Below, piece by piece: positions 39,001 through 54,000 of a stretch of 64,000 bases of DNA. This stretch comes from Camelus dromedarius (taxonomy: Eukaryota). Under the pieces are notes generated by a model. That model did not search any database, was not told the DNA's origin, and was given only the letters and a program-made list of their open reading frames with translations. The position numbers and the translations under genes were made by a program. Location of the stretch: assembly GCF_036321535.1 (NCBI RefSeq), contig NC_087437.1:75704001-75768000 (forward strand), in the 5' to 3' direction. Positions within the stretch are counted from its first letter, which is position 1; each line of letters begins with the position of its first letter.

Positions 39001-42000
39001 TGTCAAGATATTTCACAACTCTTACTTTCAAAACCATGTCTAGAATTCTTGTGAAAATTTTCTTAGAATTTTGGTAAGCCTTTTATTTCAAGAAAAAGAC
39101 TGGTGTAGCATGAAGTCATAGTCCACTGATGTTAGGGCAAGCCATTAACCCTATTGGCAGATCCAGGCCTTAAGGCCAACGTCATATCATTTAGGTAGGA
39201 AATAGCCTTCTTTTAAAGACCATGAAATCGTTTCAACAGTAGTGTGATTTGTTACATGTGGATTGATTGAACTGTTCTGATCATGGCATTATCATTAGTA
39301 GCACATCATTTTTAGTGGACTGAACCAGAATGATGTTCACTATCAGCCATATTTTTATAAAATAAGCTTTACAATTGTTTTCTGACTTAAAAAAAAAAAA
39401 CAATACATAGTACTTTAGAAACCCTTACACAACGTAGGAAGTTAGAGGAACAAAAATCATCTAGAGTCCCACAGCCTGGAAATAAAAACTATTGATGCAT
39501 TCTAGTGAATTTCCTGCTGCCTTTTCTGTCTCTTGACTTAAAAAAAGAAAAACCATAAATGGACTCGTATAGTCTACATACTTGTACATGCTGATTTTCC
39601 TCCCATGTTTTCAGAAATCTTTTTATAGCTGCTGTGCTCTACGTAAATTACGGGTGTACTATAATTTAGTTAACTCTCATCTTGATGGATGTTAAGGATG
39701 TTTCCAATTTTTTTTTTTTTTGATACTACGGAAGTAACTGCTGAAGATATGTACGACTGGAAATGGCAGAGAAGGTGTTTTAAGGCTCCTGATGCATATT
39801 GGCAACATATTTTCCAGCAACATTGCATCAGTTACTACTGCCGATGAGAATACCTGTCTTTCACCTCACAAGCTTGACATCATTCTAATTTTAAAATCTT
39901 TGGTAATTTAATGGGTGAAAAAACATCTTGTCTTAATTTTCATTTTTGTGTTAGGATAAATATTCTGTTTTATCTTTATTCTACTGGTCACATTTTAAGG
40001 AATGTGTTTATAAACCTAAAGAAACCATTTTGGTGGCAATGTTTTATTTAGGCTCACCTTAGAACAGGTAAATGTGGCGTGTGTTTGTGCGTGTGTAGGA
40101 GGTGCCTGTATACTTGATCATCCAGCCTGCACTCACATTTCAAGGTGTTTATGGTAATAATACCGAAACATTCGTAGAGCTCTTGCTTTTCATGACAGGC
40201 ACTATGCAGAGTACTCTACACTTGAAATCACATTTCTTTCAGAACCACTGTGGGGGTAGGTACTGTTATTCTTCTTATTTCGTAGACAAGGATCAGAGGC
40301 ACAGACAGGTCAGGCAGTTAGCCCACAATTACTCAGCTGTTTCTTAGTAGTACCGGGATTTGAACCAGTGCTGTTTACCACTGCGTTATACTGCCTCCCT
40401 GTCTTAGACTTACTTTTAGAGGGGTTTTTTTTTTTCCCTCCCTTCCACGAAGAGTGAACCTATGTTGGGTGCACATACTGAGTAAATGAAACTGTTACTG
40501 ATAGAGCAGAATTTGAACCCACTGTATGTGTTCAACAAATGTCTTTTGACAGGGTGCCTACTGATTGCTAGGCACTGGGCTATATGCGAGATTGTGGAAG
40601 TGAAATATATATTGCCCCTGGCTTTGTAGCACTCCCATTTCTGTTGAGGAGATATGTGAGTGTGCGTGCTTGTGCCTTTTGTCACATCTTTGGGATAGAC
40701 ATGACTCTAAATCTACTTTTCCCTTGGTACTTTTTGTAGGAAGCCTCCTGTTTATGGCCTGGGGATTCCACCAACAGGAAAGCCCCTCTGTTTTCCACTC
40801 GCTGGTTGCTTAGCATTTTTAGAGTGCAGAATCTTAGAGCCTCTGAAGTATTAATAGTAATTCAGATCCATGACTTTCACTTTCTAGATTTTCAGTTCCT
40901 TTTAACTTTTTCTCTTTACCGTTTATGGTCTGTGCTTGACCGCAGGGAATTTCTCTTTGGTTTTTCTTACTCTGTATGTCATTCCTTTTGGTGGTCCAAG
41001 ACGAAACCTAGACCTTCTGTCAGCTAAACATCTAGTAAAGACAGCAGACCGTGCCTTCACTTTAAGGAGAAAGAGTTTTCTTGTACCAGAACTGTGTCTT
41101 GAACTGTATCTCATAATGCCATTGATGCTGCTGAGAACGAAGCCTGAGAAGACATCTAAACTCCCGAAACCAAGCCAAGGGCTCCCGTGTGTGGTGAGCC
41201 CTGGACCACATTTTTGAAGACAAAAGACTTGCAGGAAAATGTCCCTAGACACCTTCTCCTTTCACTTTAACTTACGAACTTTTACGCAGAATCTTATGCT
41301 TAGCAAACAGCTCAGAGATTATTCGAATCAAACACTGAGCTTTAACCTTAACAAATCTCTAATAGTATTTCATTTCAGGTACTTTGTTTTTCTTCTGAAA
41401 ACTGTACCAACTCCATTTCCCACTGCACTGACAGTTATGTTCCTGGCTGATTTTCAGGGTTCTTCTTTCTCACTGTTTGACAATGTAACAAGTATTTTCC
41501 ATCATTTAGATGTTTGATAAATAATTGCAAGTACTGCCCATTAAGACCTCCAATTCCTTTAGGATTAAGATATAACTCCATGTCAAGAACTGGGTAACAT
41601 GTTGGAATTCTTTGGGATAGGTATATCTATTCATACTTTTTCTTCCTTAGAACAATTGTTGTACACAAGGAGTCCTTGCTATGAGAACTACGAGACCATC
41701 AACATGACCATGTAAGCTGAAATCCTACAAAGCAATCTGATAATAAATGCCAGAAATTATTGGTGTTCCATTACCTTTAAATTTTTTGTCAAAACAGTAA
41801 AAACTCTATTACTGTCAGTAATATCTATATGAGGACATAAAAAAATAGTAAAACTAATATTTAGTGCATGGAAAATTAAAACATTAAAAGCAGTGAGAAC
41901 TAAAGTGTTTTATCAAGAGTGGTTTGAACAGTGCTTGCTTTCTTCTTGTATAGCTTTGAATACAGAGCCGGCATCTTTTCTCTACCTTGGTGAATTGTCG

Positions 42001-45000
42001 TACTCCTTCCTCAGTTCGGTCCACTTGCAGTATTTTATCTTCTGCGGTTTCAATGTCGTGAACTAGCTCCAGGAGTTCCTCTCATATGAAATGTTTTTCG
42101 ACAGAATTGCTTTTTCCAGGACATCTTCATTTTTTTGTCACAGCCTCCTCACTGTCCTCATGCATGCCAATAAGTTGACTTTTACTAAGTTCTCTCTGAG
42201 TATCTAGAGTCTCTTGAATGGCGATAGGGTTGACATTCCCACGGTTAGGTGTTCTATAATGCCATTTATGATCTGTTTGAATTTCATTCACTTCCAGCAT
42301 TATTACGTCTTATTTCTTTGTTCTTTCATCGTTATTGCCCAGTTTCCTCTCTTGACTACCTGTTGTAAAATGTCACAGTGGTTTATTACTGGGAGACAGG
42401 AGGTTACCCAACATAATGCTTTGCTGTCTGTGCGTGAATTGTGTAACGGATGTGCAGGGACCAATCACAGCAGCCTTTGAAAAAAGTGACATGATTGGTC
42501 ACTGATGATGATGCACATCTTTTTTTATGTAGTGATTTGTGGACTGAAGAGGGAGCAGTGAAGTTTGCTCTTCATGCAGTAAGTTAATATATTGTGGTAA
42601 CTGAAATTTGAACTGTGTTTTTGGGAGACTTGTGTTAATTAACTAAACCATGGTAACTGAAATTCATGCATATTAGAACCAGGCAAAGCAAGGACAGCTG
42701 TAATTTATTTCAAATTTGTGCATTCTAAGCATTTTTCATTTTGTTTTCTAACTTTCTAGTTCCCGCTCACAATTATCCTACAAAGACTTTGCTTACTGCC
42801 CAGAGATATTAGTTACAGATCCCTGCAGAAATCATTGTTGGAAAATTCAAGGAAAAAAGTTTTTCTCTCACAGCAGCCTTAAGATCCTGCCAAGTCCTTG
42901 AGTTCAATTTTGAGGAATAGCTTAATATTGAAAGTGATTAGGCCATGAAAGTACATTTTAAAAAAGTAATGGAACAGAATTCTTTGTTGATTAGAAAAAT
43001 CATTCTGAAGAAGTAAAGACAGATACTAACTATACCAGGAGATTTCTACCCAGGAAAAAAAAAATCACAATAAATATTATTACAAAGTTCTGTTAAATAA
43101 TCTTGAACTCTCATTGCTTCCCCTTGGTCCTGTCCACATAATTACCAAATTCTGTTATTAAATCATATTTTTATGCACTGATTTTATTGTAGAAAGAACT
43201 GAACAAAACTTTATGCAGCAGTATGCTTTTTTGTAGAAATATGGTTGCTGTTCCTTTTGCTGTTCCTTTGACCCTTTCCAAATTCAGACATCCCAACTTC
43301 CTGCCTATATTCTGAAGTGTGGCATCATCCACAAGACCAGGGAACGTTTGGAACCAAGGAAAGGAAGTTGGTGTGTTGGACATCCTCTTTTATCTTTGAT
43401 ATTCAAAGTCCTTCAAAGCTCAAGCTTCACAAAGCTTGGACTCTTTTATTCTGAGTCCTATAAACTAGGAATGTGATTCCTAGTCAGTCTTCATTTTGAC
43501 AAAATTGTTTCATTAAAGCAAGTTGGACAGAGTTCATTATAAAATTATTTTTCTTACCTCCTGGCAAGGAATCAGTTTATTAATATTAATCAGAATATTA
43601 ATGCCAATAATACATTAATATTCATTTTTATTCAGTACCAGTTTCACAAAGCCTTCATTGTTTTTTAATGAGTGTATTAAATATTTTTTAAATAGTAATT
43701 TAAATTTAATTAAATAATTCAACATTTTGAAATCTTATTTTAAAACATCAGATTGTTTTATCTTGCATCAGAGACAATGTTGATTTGCAGCTTAACAGAT
43801 ACCAAAAAATCCTAAAGTTCCTTACCTACAGTTATCAGACAATAGCACTATATTAACAAAGTTAAACATATGTCTCCATCTATGATTTATTCTTTATTTG
43901 ATGTGCATTATACCTCACTGGTTAACCTTTCTGTCTCGCCACTAACTCACTAATCACTTGGTAAAGGGTCGTCTAAACATCATGTGTTTAGGACAGGCAT
44001 TGAATTCATGGATTTTCAAGTTTTGTTGGATGGAGTTCAGTCTCTGTGAATCTGTATGGGCTTACTGAATCGCATCTTTGGAGTATTGTGAAAACTAAGA
44101 TGATAGATTTTATTTGATCTCTGAGTTGAGCCTGGTAATTTCACTACATTTAGCCACATTCTGTCTTGTTGGTGCTTTATGTAAGTACCAAAGAGATGTG
44201 AAAACCTTGATGGAGTATCTGTTCATAATATTAGCTAACTGTTTCTTCAGGTGACCGGAAGGACATGTCATTTCTCCATTCATATGAATTTGAAAGATTA
44301 AATACATAAAGGGGCTTTCTCAGGCTACAGTAGACCCATACCTTTTATTTAAGTGGAGAAGGAGATCTGGGGTTGGGGGTAACACTCCCCATCCCTTCTC
44401 CCTCCTGCCTCCCCACCCATACACACTCATTCACATATTAGAGTGTAAGGGCATCGAGGCAGAAGTGTTTGTCTTTGTTCACTGCCAGCGCTTAGAATAG
44501 CAATTGTCATGTAGTGTAATGTATTCAGTTATTATTGAATAAAGTGAAGTCTACTCCTGCCTCATTCTGGTTGATACAGCTTGGACTAATAAAAGGACCC
44601 AGTACATTGTAGGTACACAGTAAATATTTGTAGGGCAAATGAATGAACCAACCCATCTCCTTTCTGAGAAGTAGCTGGCTAGATTTAATTATTTTATAGA
44701 AGGTATACTTTTTTTAATAGAAGGGAAACTTTTAGAATTCCTAATTTGTTGAAAAAAATTGATACTGTCTTCCCATATCCCTGTGAATTTCTGTGTCAGG
44801 CAGCACTGAATTTATAAGTTTTGTTGAAAGATGTAAATACTGGCCACACTAAATACCAGTCAGGATGTAGAAACTCTCATTCATTGCTGGTGAGAATGCA
44901 AAATGGTACGGTCATTTAAGAATACAGTTTGGCAGTTTTATACAGAATTAAACTTACTCTTTCCATATGATCCTATAATTGTACTCCTTGGAATTTACCC

Positions 45001-48000
45001 AAATGGAGTTGAAAACTTAAGTCCACACAGAAACCTACACATGGACAGCTTTGTTCATCATTGCCAAAACTTGGAAGCAACCAAGATGCCCTTCAGTAGG
45101 TGAATGGATGAGTAAACTGTGGTACATCCAGACCATGGAATATTATTCAGCACTAAAAAAGAAATGAGCTATCAAGCCGTGAAAAGACATGGAGGAACCT
45201 TAAATACATATTACTAAGTGAAAGTAGCCAATCTGAAAAGCTATGTATATATACTGTATGATTCTAGCTATAAAACATCGTGGAAAAGGTGGAACTTTGG
45301 AGAAAATTAGAAGATCAGTGGTTACGAGGGGTGGGTGGCTGAGAAGAGAGGTGCATAGGCAGAGCACAGAGGATTTTTAGGCAGTGAAAATACTCTGTAT
45401 AATATATAATATTGGACATGAGGCATTATACATTTGTCCAAACCCATGGAATGTACAACACCAAGAACAAACCCTAACATAAACTAAAGACTTTGGGTGA
45501 TTATGATATGTTAATACAGATTCATCCTTAGTAAAAAATGTATCTGATAAGTGATGTTGATAATGAGGAAGACTGTGCAGGGAGTATGTGGTAATTCTAT
45601 GTACCTCCCTCTCAGTTTTGTTGTAAAACCTAAAACTGCACTTTAAAAAAAGAAGTCTTTAAAAAGTATAAAATACTGTATTTCCCTTATTTTATTTTGT
45701 GCCTTTATTTCAGTACTTTTAGTTAAGGAGAATTAAAGTATGCAGCTCTTTAAAATTATGTAGATTGTCTTGCCAGGCAGCCAGTAAAATCATACCAGGA
45801 AGTTTGATAAGAGCTCCCAGTTAAGAACACATTAAATTATCTTTTGCATAATGCTAAGTGTTTGGGGAATTGCTTGAATTGATTTTCATTGTTACATTTA
45901 AAATTTTGATAGATTTTATAAATAAGAATAAATCCACTCATTAAAGGACAAGAAAATATCCTTCAGATTATTGGATTCTGTGGCATCTGTATCAGATTCC
46001 TGACCCTTTAGCTACACTGGAAAAGTTGCCAGCTGGACCTCGCAAAGAGGTACCTTCTCCAGACTCGCTATGGACCTGCTAAAATGCGGCCATTGTAAGC
46101 AAAGAAGATGAGTCGAAAGAAATCCTTTTTAAAGGTTCACTAAAGAAAACATGGAGATACTCGTTCATTGCCAGAGGTTACTTGAATAGACCCCACAAAT
46201 GTATGTTAGAAAAGGGTTCTTAATTTTAAGGAAGAGTTTAGGTAGCCCTGGAAATACGTAGTACTTGAACCAATCAATAGGAGCCAAAGCTACCTCCAAA
46301 AGGTATTGAAAAGGCCATTTTGTGGTAAAACATTGTCAATAGTAGTATCCTGTGGCATTTTATTTTTGTTGCTGTTGTTGACATTATTTTCCTCTCACAG
46401 CTCTTCTAAGCCTGAAGAGGGTGTATTTTGTATGAGGTTCAAATTCTTTTGTTAAAAAAGCTTTAAGTCGGCCTTTTTGCATGAACGTCTATACTCTAAG
46501 GTGAATTCTTGCTGCTTGATCTTTGTAGCTCTTTTATGTGTCAAATTAAACCTAGAAGAGTTTCTTATGAATGTTTGGTTGTGAGGTACATTTGAAATGG
46601 CTTCTATCTTATAATTGCAGAACTTTCAAGCTCTTTTTAGATAACAATATACATGGGATTAAAATGGAAACCCTGACACATGTCTAGAGAAAGTTTCTTT
46701 TTCTGTCTGTGTCTGTGCCTTTTGTGACCTATGCACTGAATTTCATCCTGGTCAGTGTTTGAGCCTAGAGAATAAGGAAGCTCAAAATCTGTGCCCTTAT
46801 AAGAAGGCAGGGATATGACTGAGTCATAGGCACCTAAATTCCAAGGCTGGATGGATCAAATGAAAGCTTGGGGAACTAGCCAGGTTATTTCTTGCTCTTT
46901 TCTGATTAATGTGGATTTCAGTTACTCAGCTTCAGGACTGACTACTAGTTAGCCCTTCATCTCCACATAAAGAGGACAAAGTGGGGGTTACAATCTAGAG
47001 TATGAGTCAAGACTGTAAATTCAGGTGCTAAATTATACTTAAAATACTGTCAACGTAGATTTTATCATGGTCACTTAGGGGTTTGTTGTTTTAACTGTAA
47101 TTGGTCTGTTTGTCATTTTAGTGAGCACAAATTAAATGCTAAATATAAAATTATTTAAAATTTCCTCCTCAGGACAGTCACCCGTTGATTAATGGCATGG
47201 AGAGTGAGAATATCATGTGTGGATAAAACACAACAGGATTTCGGTCATGTAACTCTGTTTCTCTTTGCTACTCAGTCTGCCTTTAGATTATTTTTAACAA
47301 CTTTCTTGGTGAAAAATTAATTTTGATATGAACCAAAACAAAACCCAAAAGGTGAATGTATGATTAAAAAAATAACATTTTTAGGCTTCTGCAGTACATT
47401 ATTCTTTTAGAGAAGCTGGATACTTGACAATAGAGCTAGCCTCAAAAACATAACATGTATGTTGAGACCTGTTGAGTATTTGTAGTTTACGAAATTATTT
47501 TAGTTGAATGATTTAAGCATTTCCCCCCACCTCAGGGTTTCAAGAGGGTGTGATTTGTCCACTGTTTATTCTACTTCTTCAAAACAAAATATCTAAATTT
47601 CCAGATGCTTTACTAATTTTATATAAGGTGGAACAAAGTTCTCTTTTTCCCAGTATTACTAATTAGCCAATTATTTCTCATCAGCATTGGGCATATCAGT
47701 TGTAAACCTGAGGCAGTTTTGTTCTTCAGGTGACATTTGATAATGTCTGGAAACATTTTTGATTGACACAACTTGGGGGCTGTTACTGGCACAAAATGTG
47801 TAGAGGCTACAGATGATACTAAACATTTTATAATGCACAGAGCAGCCCCCCGAGAATGACTTATCTGATCCAATATATTAATAACACCATGATTGAGAAA
47901 GCCTGGTGTGTGTGTTTGTGTATACATACATATATAACTTCAAGGGGGATAAAGTATCACCTATAAATTCAGCATCCAAGGTGGGAGGGGTGTGGCTCAG

Positions 48001-51000
48001 CGGTAGAGCGCATGCTTAGCATGCATGAGGTCCTGGATTCAATCCCCAGTGCCTCTGTTAAATTAACTAATTAATTTTTACAAATAAATAAATAAACCTA
48101 ATTACCCCCCAAATAAAAGTACTATAGTTAAAGAAAAAACTTAATTCAGCATCCGTATTTAAACTACTGTGACACCATTTAGCCATTGACTTATTATGAA
48201 AAAGATTTGAGATGACTTAACATGATATGAAGCAGTTTTTCCTCAAAGGTTATTCAGTAATAATAAGTTACCCATTTAATCTCTGCACCTTGTAAGTTAC
48301 AGAAATGGCTTTACTTCTTATGATTGAGTTCATGTAATTCTTTGTGTTCTTTTTTAAAGCACTCCAATATAAATCCAGTTTTACGAGGGAGAAAACTATT
48401 TTTTTATTAGTTGCTGGACTAATGCTCACCATCACTGTCATTGTTGGAGCCATTCTTTTCATCCCAGGTAAGACACACAGTTATCGTGGGGGAAGACAGG
48501 ATTGACATGGCTGAGGGCATTTCTAGGGAGGTGCACGTTAGTTTCCTAGGGCTGCTGTAACAAATTACCACAAACGGGGTATCTCAAAACAATAGAAATT
48601 CTCTAATAGTTCTGGAGGCCGTAAGTCTGAAATAAAGATATCATGAGGGCCACATGCTCTCCCGAGACTCTAGAGGAGAATTCATTCCTTGACTCTCCTA
48701 GCTTCTGGTGTTTGCTGACAATCTGTGCAACTCCTTGGCTTGGAGCAGCATAACTCCAATGTCCTCCCTGGTCACATTGCCTCCTCCTCTCCTCTGTGTC
48801 TTCTCCATGTCTTCATTCAATTTCCCTCTGCCTCTCTCTTACAAAGACTTTAGTCAGTGGATTCAGGACTCACCTGGGTAATCCAGGACAAGCTGCTTCT
48901 TTCGCATCCTTAATCATATACTTTACTATGTAATGTGATGCTTGCTCTTTTGCTATATAAGTTAATATTCACAGATTTGGGAGATGTGGAGGTGGACAGA
49001 GCTTTAGAGCTACCATTCAACCCACTACAGAGGCACTCTTCATTGGCCAAGACACAGAAGTGGGAATGAATGTGGGAAACAGATCTATCTGAAACTTGCC
49101 CTTGGAGGATGGCAGTGGGAGTGGGAGATAAAAGTGAGTAGCACATGGTAGAAACAGCAGAGACAGGCTGGGACTCAAAAGTGTAGACTGTAGAAAGCCT
49201 TTGTTGCTTTTTAAGCAGAGTACAATATAGGTGTAAGGTTTAGGCACATAAATTTGACAGCTGTGTTTGCAACTGGAGTTAGTGAAAACATGGGGAGGAA
49301 GGAGATGAATTCAGAAGACAACTTGAAAGAACAACTATTTTGACTTTGGGACAGACCGAATATAGCAAATGAAGGGAATGGTAAGAGATGACTCCACTGG
49401 AATTCTGTAAGGTAGTTAAGAAGGAGGCAGAGCCAGTTCAAGGTTTGACATACTGAGACTTAGATGTTGACATTTGTATGTCTTAGTTTGGTCTTGAATA
49501 ATTAAAAAATAGTCATTTATTCTTGTGAGAAGTTTTGGGAGAAACATACATATTTTTAAACCCTTTGCAGTTTATAAGAATAGTATTGAGATTGATACAT
49601 TTAATAAGTACTTTAATGTCCCCATAAAAGTAGGAGGTATGTAGGAAAATAATAATTATTATTTTTAATTAACAGGTGAATATTCAGCAAAGAATGCTTG
49701 TGGACTTGGTCTAATTGTAATTCCTACAGCAATATTAATATTACTACAGTACTGTGTGTTTATAATAGGTAAGTATTTGATGTTTCAGCATGATTTTGCC
49801 CACCTTTTTCATTTAAAAAGTGGCATTTTGGGTCAAAATATTCTTGTAATTTTTTTAAGAACTCAGGAGAAGTCGGTTTATTAAAAGACTTCGCAGGCTA
49901 TTCTTAGTGACATTTCCCCCATATGGATTAATTTTAAGATTAGCTTAGGTATTTTTCAAGGCACTCAGTCGTCTTGTAAAAAAGTGATTTTCGTATGTCT
50001 TTGGTATCAGTGAATTTTTTAAACTATGCTGTATAATCTCTTAATGATTATCTTCATGTTTTTGTTTTTGAAGCTATAAGTAGATATTAAGCATGCCCTT
50101 TCTCTTCGTTCGCTAGGCCTCTCTGTTTAAAAAAAGTACTTCTACAATATAGGGCTATAAATAACAAATAGCGGCTTTATTTATTATGTTTTTAGTAACT
50201 GGCAGATCTTAACATTGTAGTTTTAAAAGATGACATAGATATCCAACCTATAATTGGAGTCATTTTCACTGCATTTGGGGAGTAAGTCACTAACATATTT
50301 TTTTATTGTTGCAGAATGTGTTTTTTTCTATTTGCACATTTAACTCTTGGCCTGTCTTAGAGCCCATCTCTGGCTTGCTGTGCATTGGAAGGGTGTTGAT
50401 TTGTTATAAAAACACAGATCTAGACACACAGGAGATAGGCTAGGACGTTTACAGTGGCATTTTTGCGTAATGGTTCTCCCTGCCTGAGCAATTTTGTGTG
50501 CGTGTGGTAAAGCTATACATAAAAGCCATTCACGTTGTGAAATGCACAAATTTGGTGAAAGCAGTATTGTTTTAAGATTTGGGGTAAAAACTGCCAGTCC
50601 AGCTTAGCTCACTGTGGAACTGAGAGATTGCTGAATGTGTGAATCTGGAGCTGACTACCTATGTGGAGAGGCAAGGTTTAGGTCACTGGAAAAGAGTCTA
50701 CCATCTGACAAGGAGCTATGGAGTCAGTCTTTGATCAAAGGATATTATTCTTGATTGCACAAAATACAAGTAGGAGTGACTGCTTCTTAAATACTCTCAA
50801 CCCACTTTTCCTCCCTCCAGCTATTGAGATGTCCTCCTTCACCATTGCCATACTGATCCTTCAGGGCCTGGGCTACGTGCTCTCTGTGGTTGGACTAAGC
50901 CTCTGTGTCTCAGGTAAGAGTCCTAAACTGCTCTAGTCTCAGTTTGTCTTAGTAAGATTTCTCTTGGACGCAGCTCTTCTTTCTTGTTCTTTTTCTTTCT

Positions 51001-54000
51001 TTCTTTTGTTTTTTAATATATAGACTTTATCATTTAGAGTAGCTTTAGGTTCACAGCAAAATTGACTGGAAAGTGCAAAGTTCCCGTATACCCCACATAA
51101 TAGCCTCCTTCACGATCAGCATCCCCCAACAAAGTGGTAAATGTGTTATGGTCATTGAACCAACGTTGACATATTATCACCCAAAATCCACAGTTTACAT
51201 TAGGGTTCATGCTTGGTGTTGTACATTCTATGATTCTGATAAATGTATAGTCGTAGACATAATACTGTACAGAAAAGTTTCACTGCCCTGTTAGTCCTCT
51301 GTGCTCTGACTGTTCATCCACCCGCTAAACCCCTAGCAACCACCTCTTACTGTCTTCATAGTTCTGCATTTTCCAGAATGTCTCACAGTTGGAATCATGC
51401 AGTATGTAGCCTTTTCCAGATTGGCTTCTTTCACTTAGTGTAATAGTCATTTAAGGTTGCTCCATGTCTTTTTGCGGCCTGATAGCTCATTTCTTTGTAG
51501 CATTGAATAACATTCCATTGTATGAGTGCACCACAGTTTGTTTATCCACTCACCTATTGAGGGACGTCTTGATTGGTTCCAGTTTTGGGTGGATTAAGAA
51601 TAAAGTTGCTCTAAACATCCACATGCGTGTTTTTGCGTAGATGTAAGTTTCAACTCCATTTGAGGTAAATACCAGGGAGTGTGCAGGTGTTGGGTTGTAC
51701 GTTAAGAATATATTTAGTTTTCTAAAAAATTGCCAGACTGTCTTCCAAGGTAGCTGCACCATTTTGCATTACCACCAGCAATGAATGAAAATTCCTGGTA
51801 TTCCACATCCTTGTCAACATTTGGCGTTGTGAGCTTTTCTTTTGTAACTCTTATTTTCACCCCGCTGAGAATAGTGCTTTTCACACTGCCGTGAGAAATA
51901 TTGGCCGTGTATGCTGTATTTGTGGGAGAACTTTTAAAATAACCAGGCTCCATCCAATTGGTTGGAGCCTGAGGCTTCTATACACTGTTTTCCATTAGTC
52001 TTGATGTAATAAGATAACATGTTGTACAGATAAAGGCTCGTTCATTTCCATAATTTGGAGTCATTTCACTGACTGACTTAATAGTGATGAACATATGTCG
52101 ATAATTTTTGTTTCTTAATAATTAGAAAAAGAATTACTCTCCTTAAAACTTGCTATTATTGCTGTTATTGTTGATTCTTTAAAAAAAAAAACGTGAAGTT
52201 ATTTCATGAGAATTCCTGATATAAAATTTCATTTGTTTTTACAGAGTGTGCCCCGGTGCATGGCCCTCTTCTGATTTCAGGTTTGGGTATTACAGCTCTA
52301 GCAGAATTACTTGGATTAGTTTATTTGAAATGTTTTGGTAAGTCAACTTTATTTTTGTTAGCCTGTGCCAAGAATTTCAAATGTATAATCTGGATAATGA
52401 TTTTGGTTGATTCTTACAATTTAGGACCGAAGAAATGTATTGGTAACTCCAAACACGAGAAAGCACAGCGAATGCTGCTGTGCTTTTTTAAATGATAAAA
52501 TTGCAATGCTTTGGGGGCAGTAAAGGAGGGTAGAAGCCGTATGAATGAATGCAAAGTTTAGATTATTAGCTGGTTTAAAAGAAAACAGCTTCTTGTTTTA
52601 GAATGTATAGACTTTTTTATACGAAGTGAAAGGAGAGATTGTTGAGGATTCATTTTAATTCATAAAATAGGATGTTTACTTGGCCCATTGTTTGCATGGT
52701 AGAGCCCTTTCACAGGGCCCTGTTAGTCAGTTGCCCCTCTTCTTGCAGACCATTTACAGCCCTGGACTCCCCTAAGTAGACAGGAACTGAAATTCAAAAT
52801 CTGTCACTTCCGTTAATCAAAGAGCAGTGTCCTCTGACTCTTGGATTTTAACATATTTTTAGTTAAAACCAATATGATAAAAACACTGAGTTTTAAATTT
52901 AGGCCTTTACTACTCTTCCAGTAGTTGTTAGTAAGTATGGACATGGCTTAATGTCTCTAAACTTAATATTTAATCTTCTAGTTTTCAAATAACAGATTTC
53001 TGTATGAATTCTTATTTTTAATGCATTTATAAAGATAGATGCTTTTTAATATATTAGGTACTTAAAACTACTGTGATGTCTTACTTTAAGCTAAAGATGT
53101 TCCCTACAATCTGGTTTATATTAGTCTCCCTTTAAAAAAAAGATTTCTGTTTTTTATTTATGAAATAAAGAAGACTCAAACATTTGTCAAAATAATCAAA
53201 AGTTACAAATTAATAGAGTAAAAAAGTCAGTCTTTCTGACTGACTTTCTTTAGGTGAGCTTTATGTGTTTCTAAAAGTTAACTCAAACCTTGAATTGTTA
53301 CAGTTAGAAAATTCCCCACATGACCTGCACAGTACTTTCAAAGAAATTTTACCTTTATTTCTGAACTTTAGCTTTCGTTGACTAATCATTGAATTCAATT
53401 CTGTTATATATTCTTTGTCCCCTTTAATTAATGCTTATTTGATAAACAATTAAAATGCTTAAGTAAAATTCACCTATCTTTAGTTCCTGTGTCATAAATT
53501 ACGCTGGTTTCAGAGGCTTCTTAGGGATGTAGAGGTGGAGAAGAGGGGAAAGCAAGAAGTTGTTTCCTTGATAAAATTTTCTTAGTTCAAGCTGTAAAAT
53601 AGTTTAGACTTCTGAAGCAGAGCGGCATTCCTTTGGTAGCCATCATGAGCGTCGCACTACGAATGTTGATACGTACTCTGTTTTTGTGAGTCTTCTAGTC
53701 ACCACTTGTCTGGTTCTTGCAGCTGGCACTGCTGGTGGCAGTGCTCCCATCAATGCTTGAGAACAGTATGTGACCTGCAGCATCCACGCAGCGTGATGTA
53801 GTGTTAGGTGTCCGTGACGGGTGCTCAGTGCTTTGTTCTTTTTTCCCCTCATTATCTGGACCGCTCTCTTTTATTCCCATGCTCTCCCAGGCCTTCTGTA
53901 TCTAACAAAGACCAACAGGTCTGGAGATGCTGACTCAAATGGGAATAGGCATTGTCTAGCTGCTACCCTCTCGACCTTTCTTTCCCCACTTCCCCACCGC

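Noticed and set aside
53223..53247. Perfect 10-bp hairpin AAAGTCAGTC-TTTCT-GACTGACTTT in intron 7
   Set aside because: Roughly one such stem is expected by chance in 64 kb; far from splice sites.
53723..53765. Possible cryptic 43-nt exon and GCACTGC/GCAGTGC hairpin in intron 7
   Set aside because: Frameshifting, unremarkable splice sites and a short stem; no supporting evidence.
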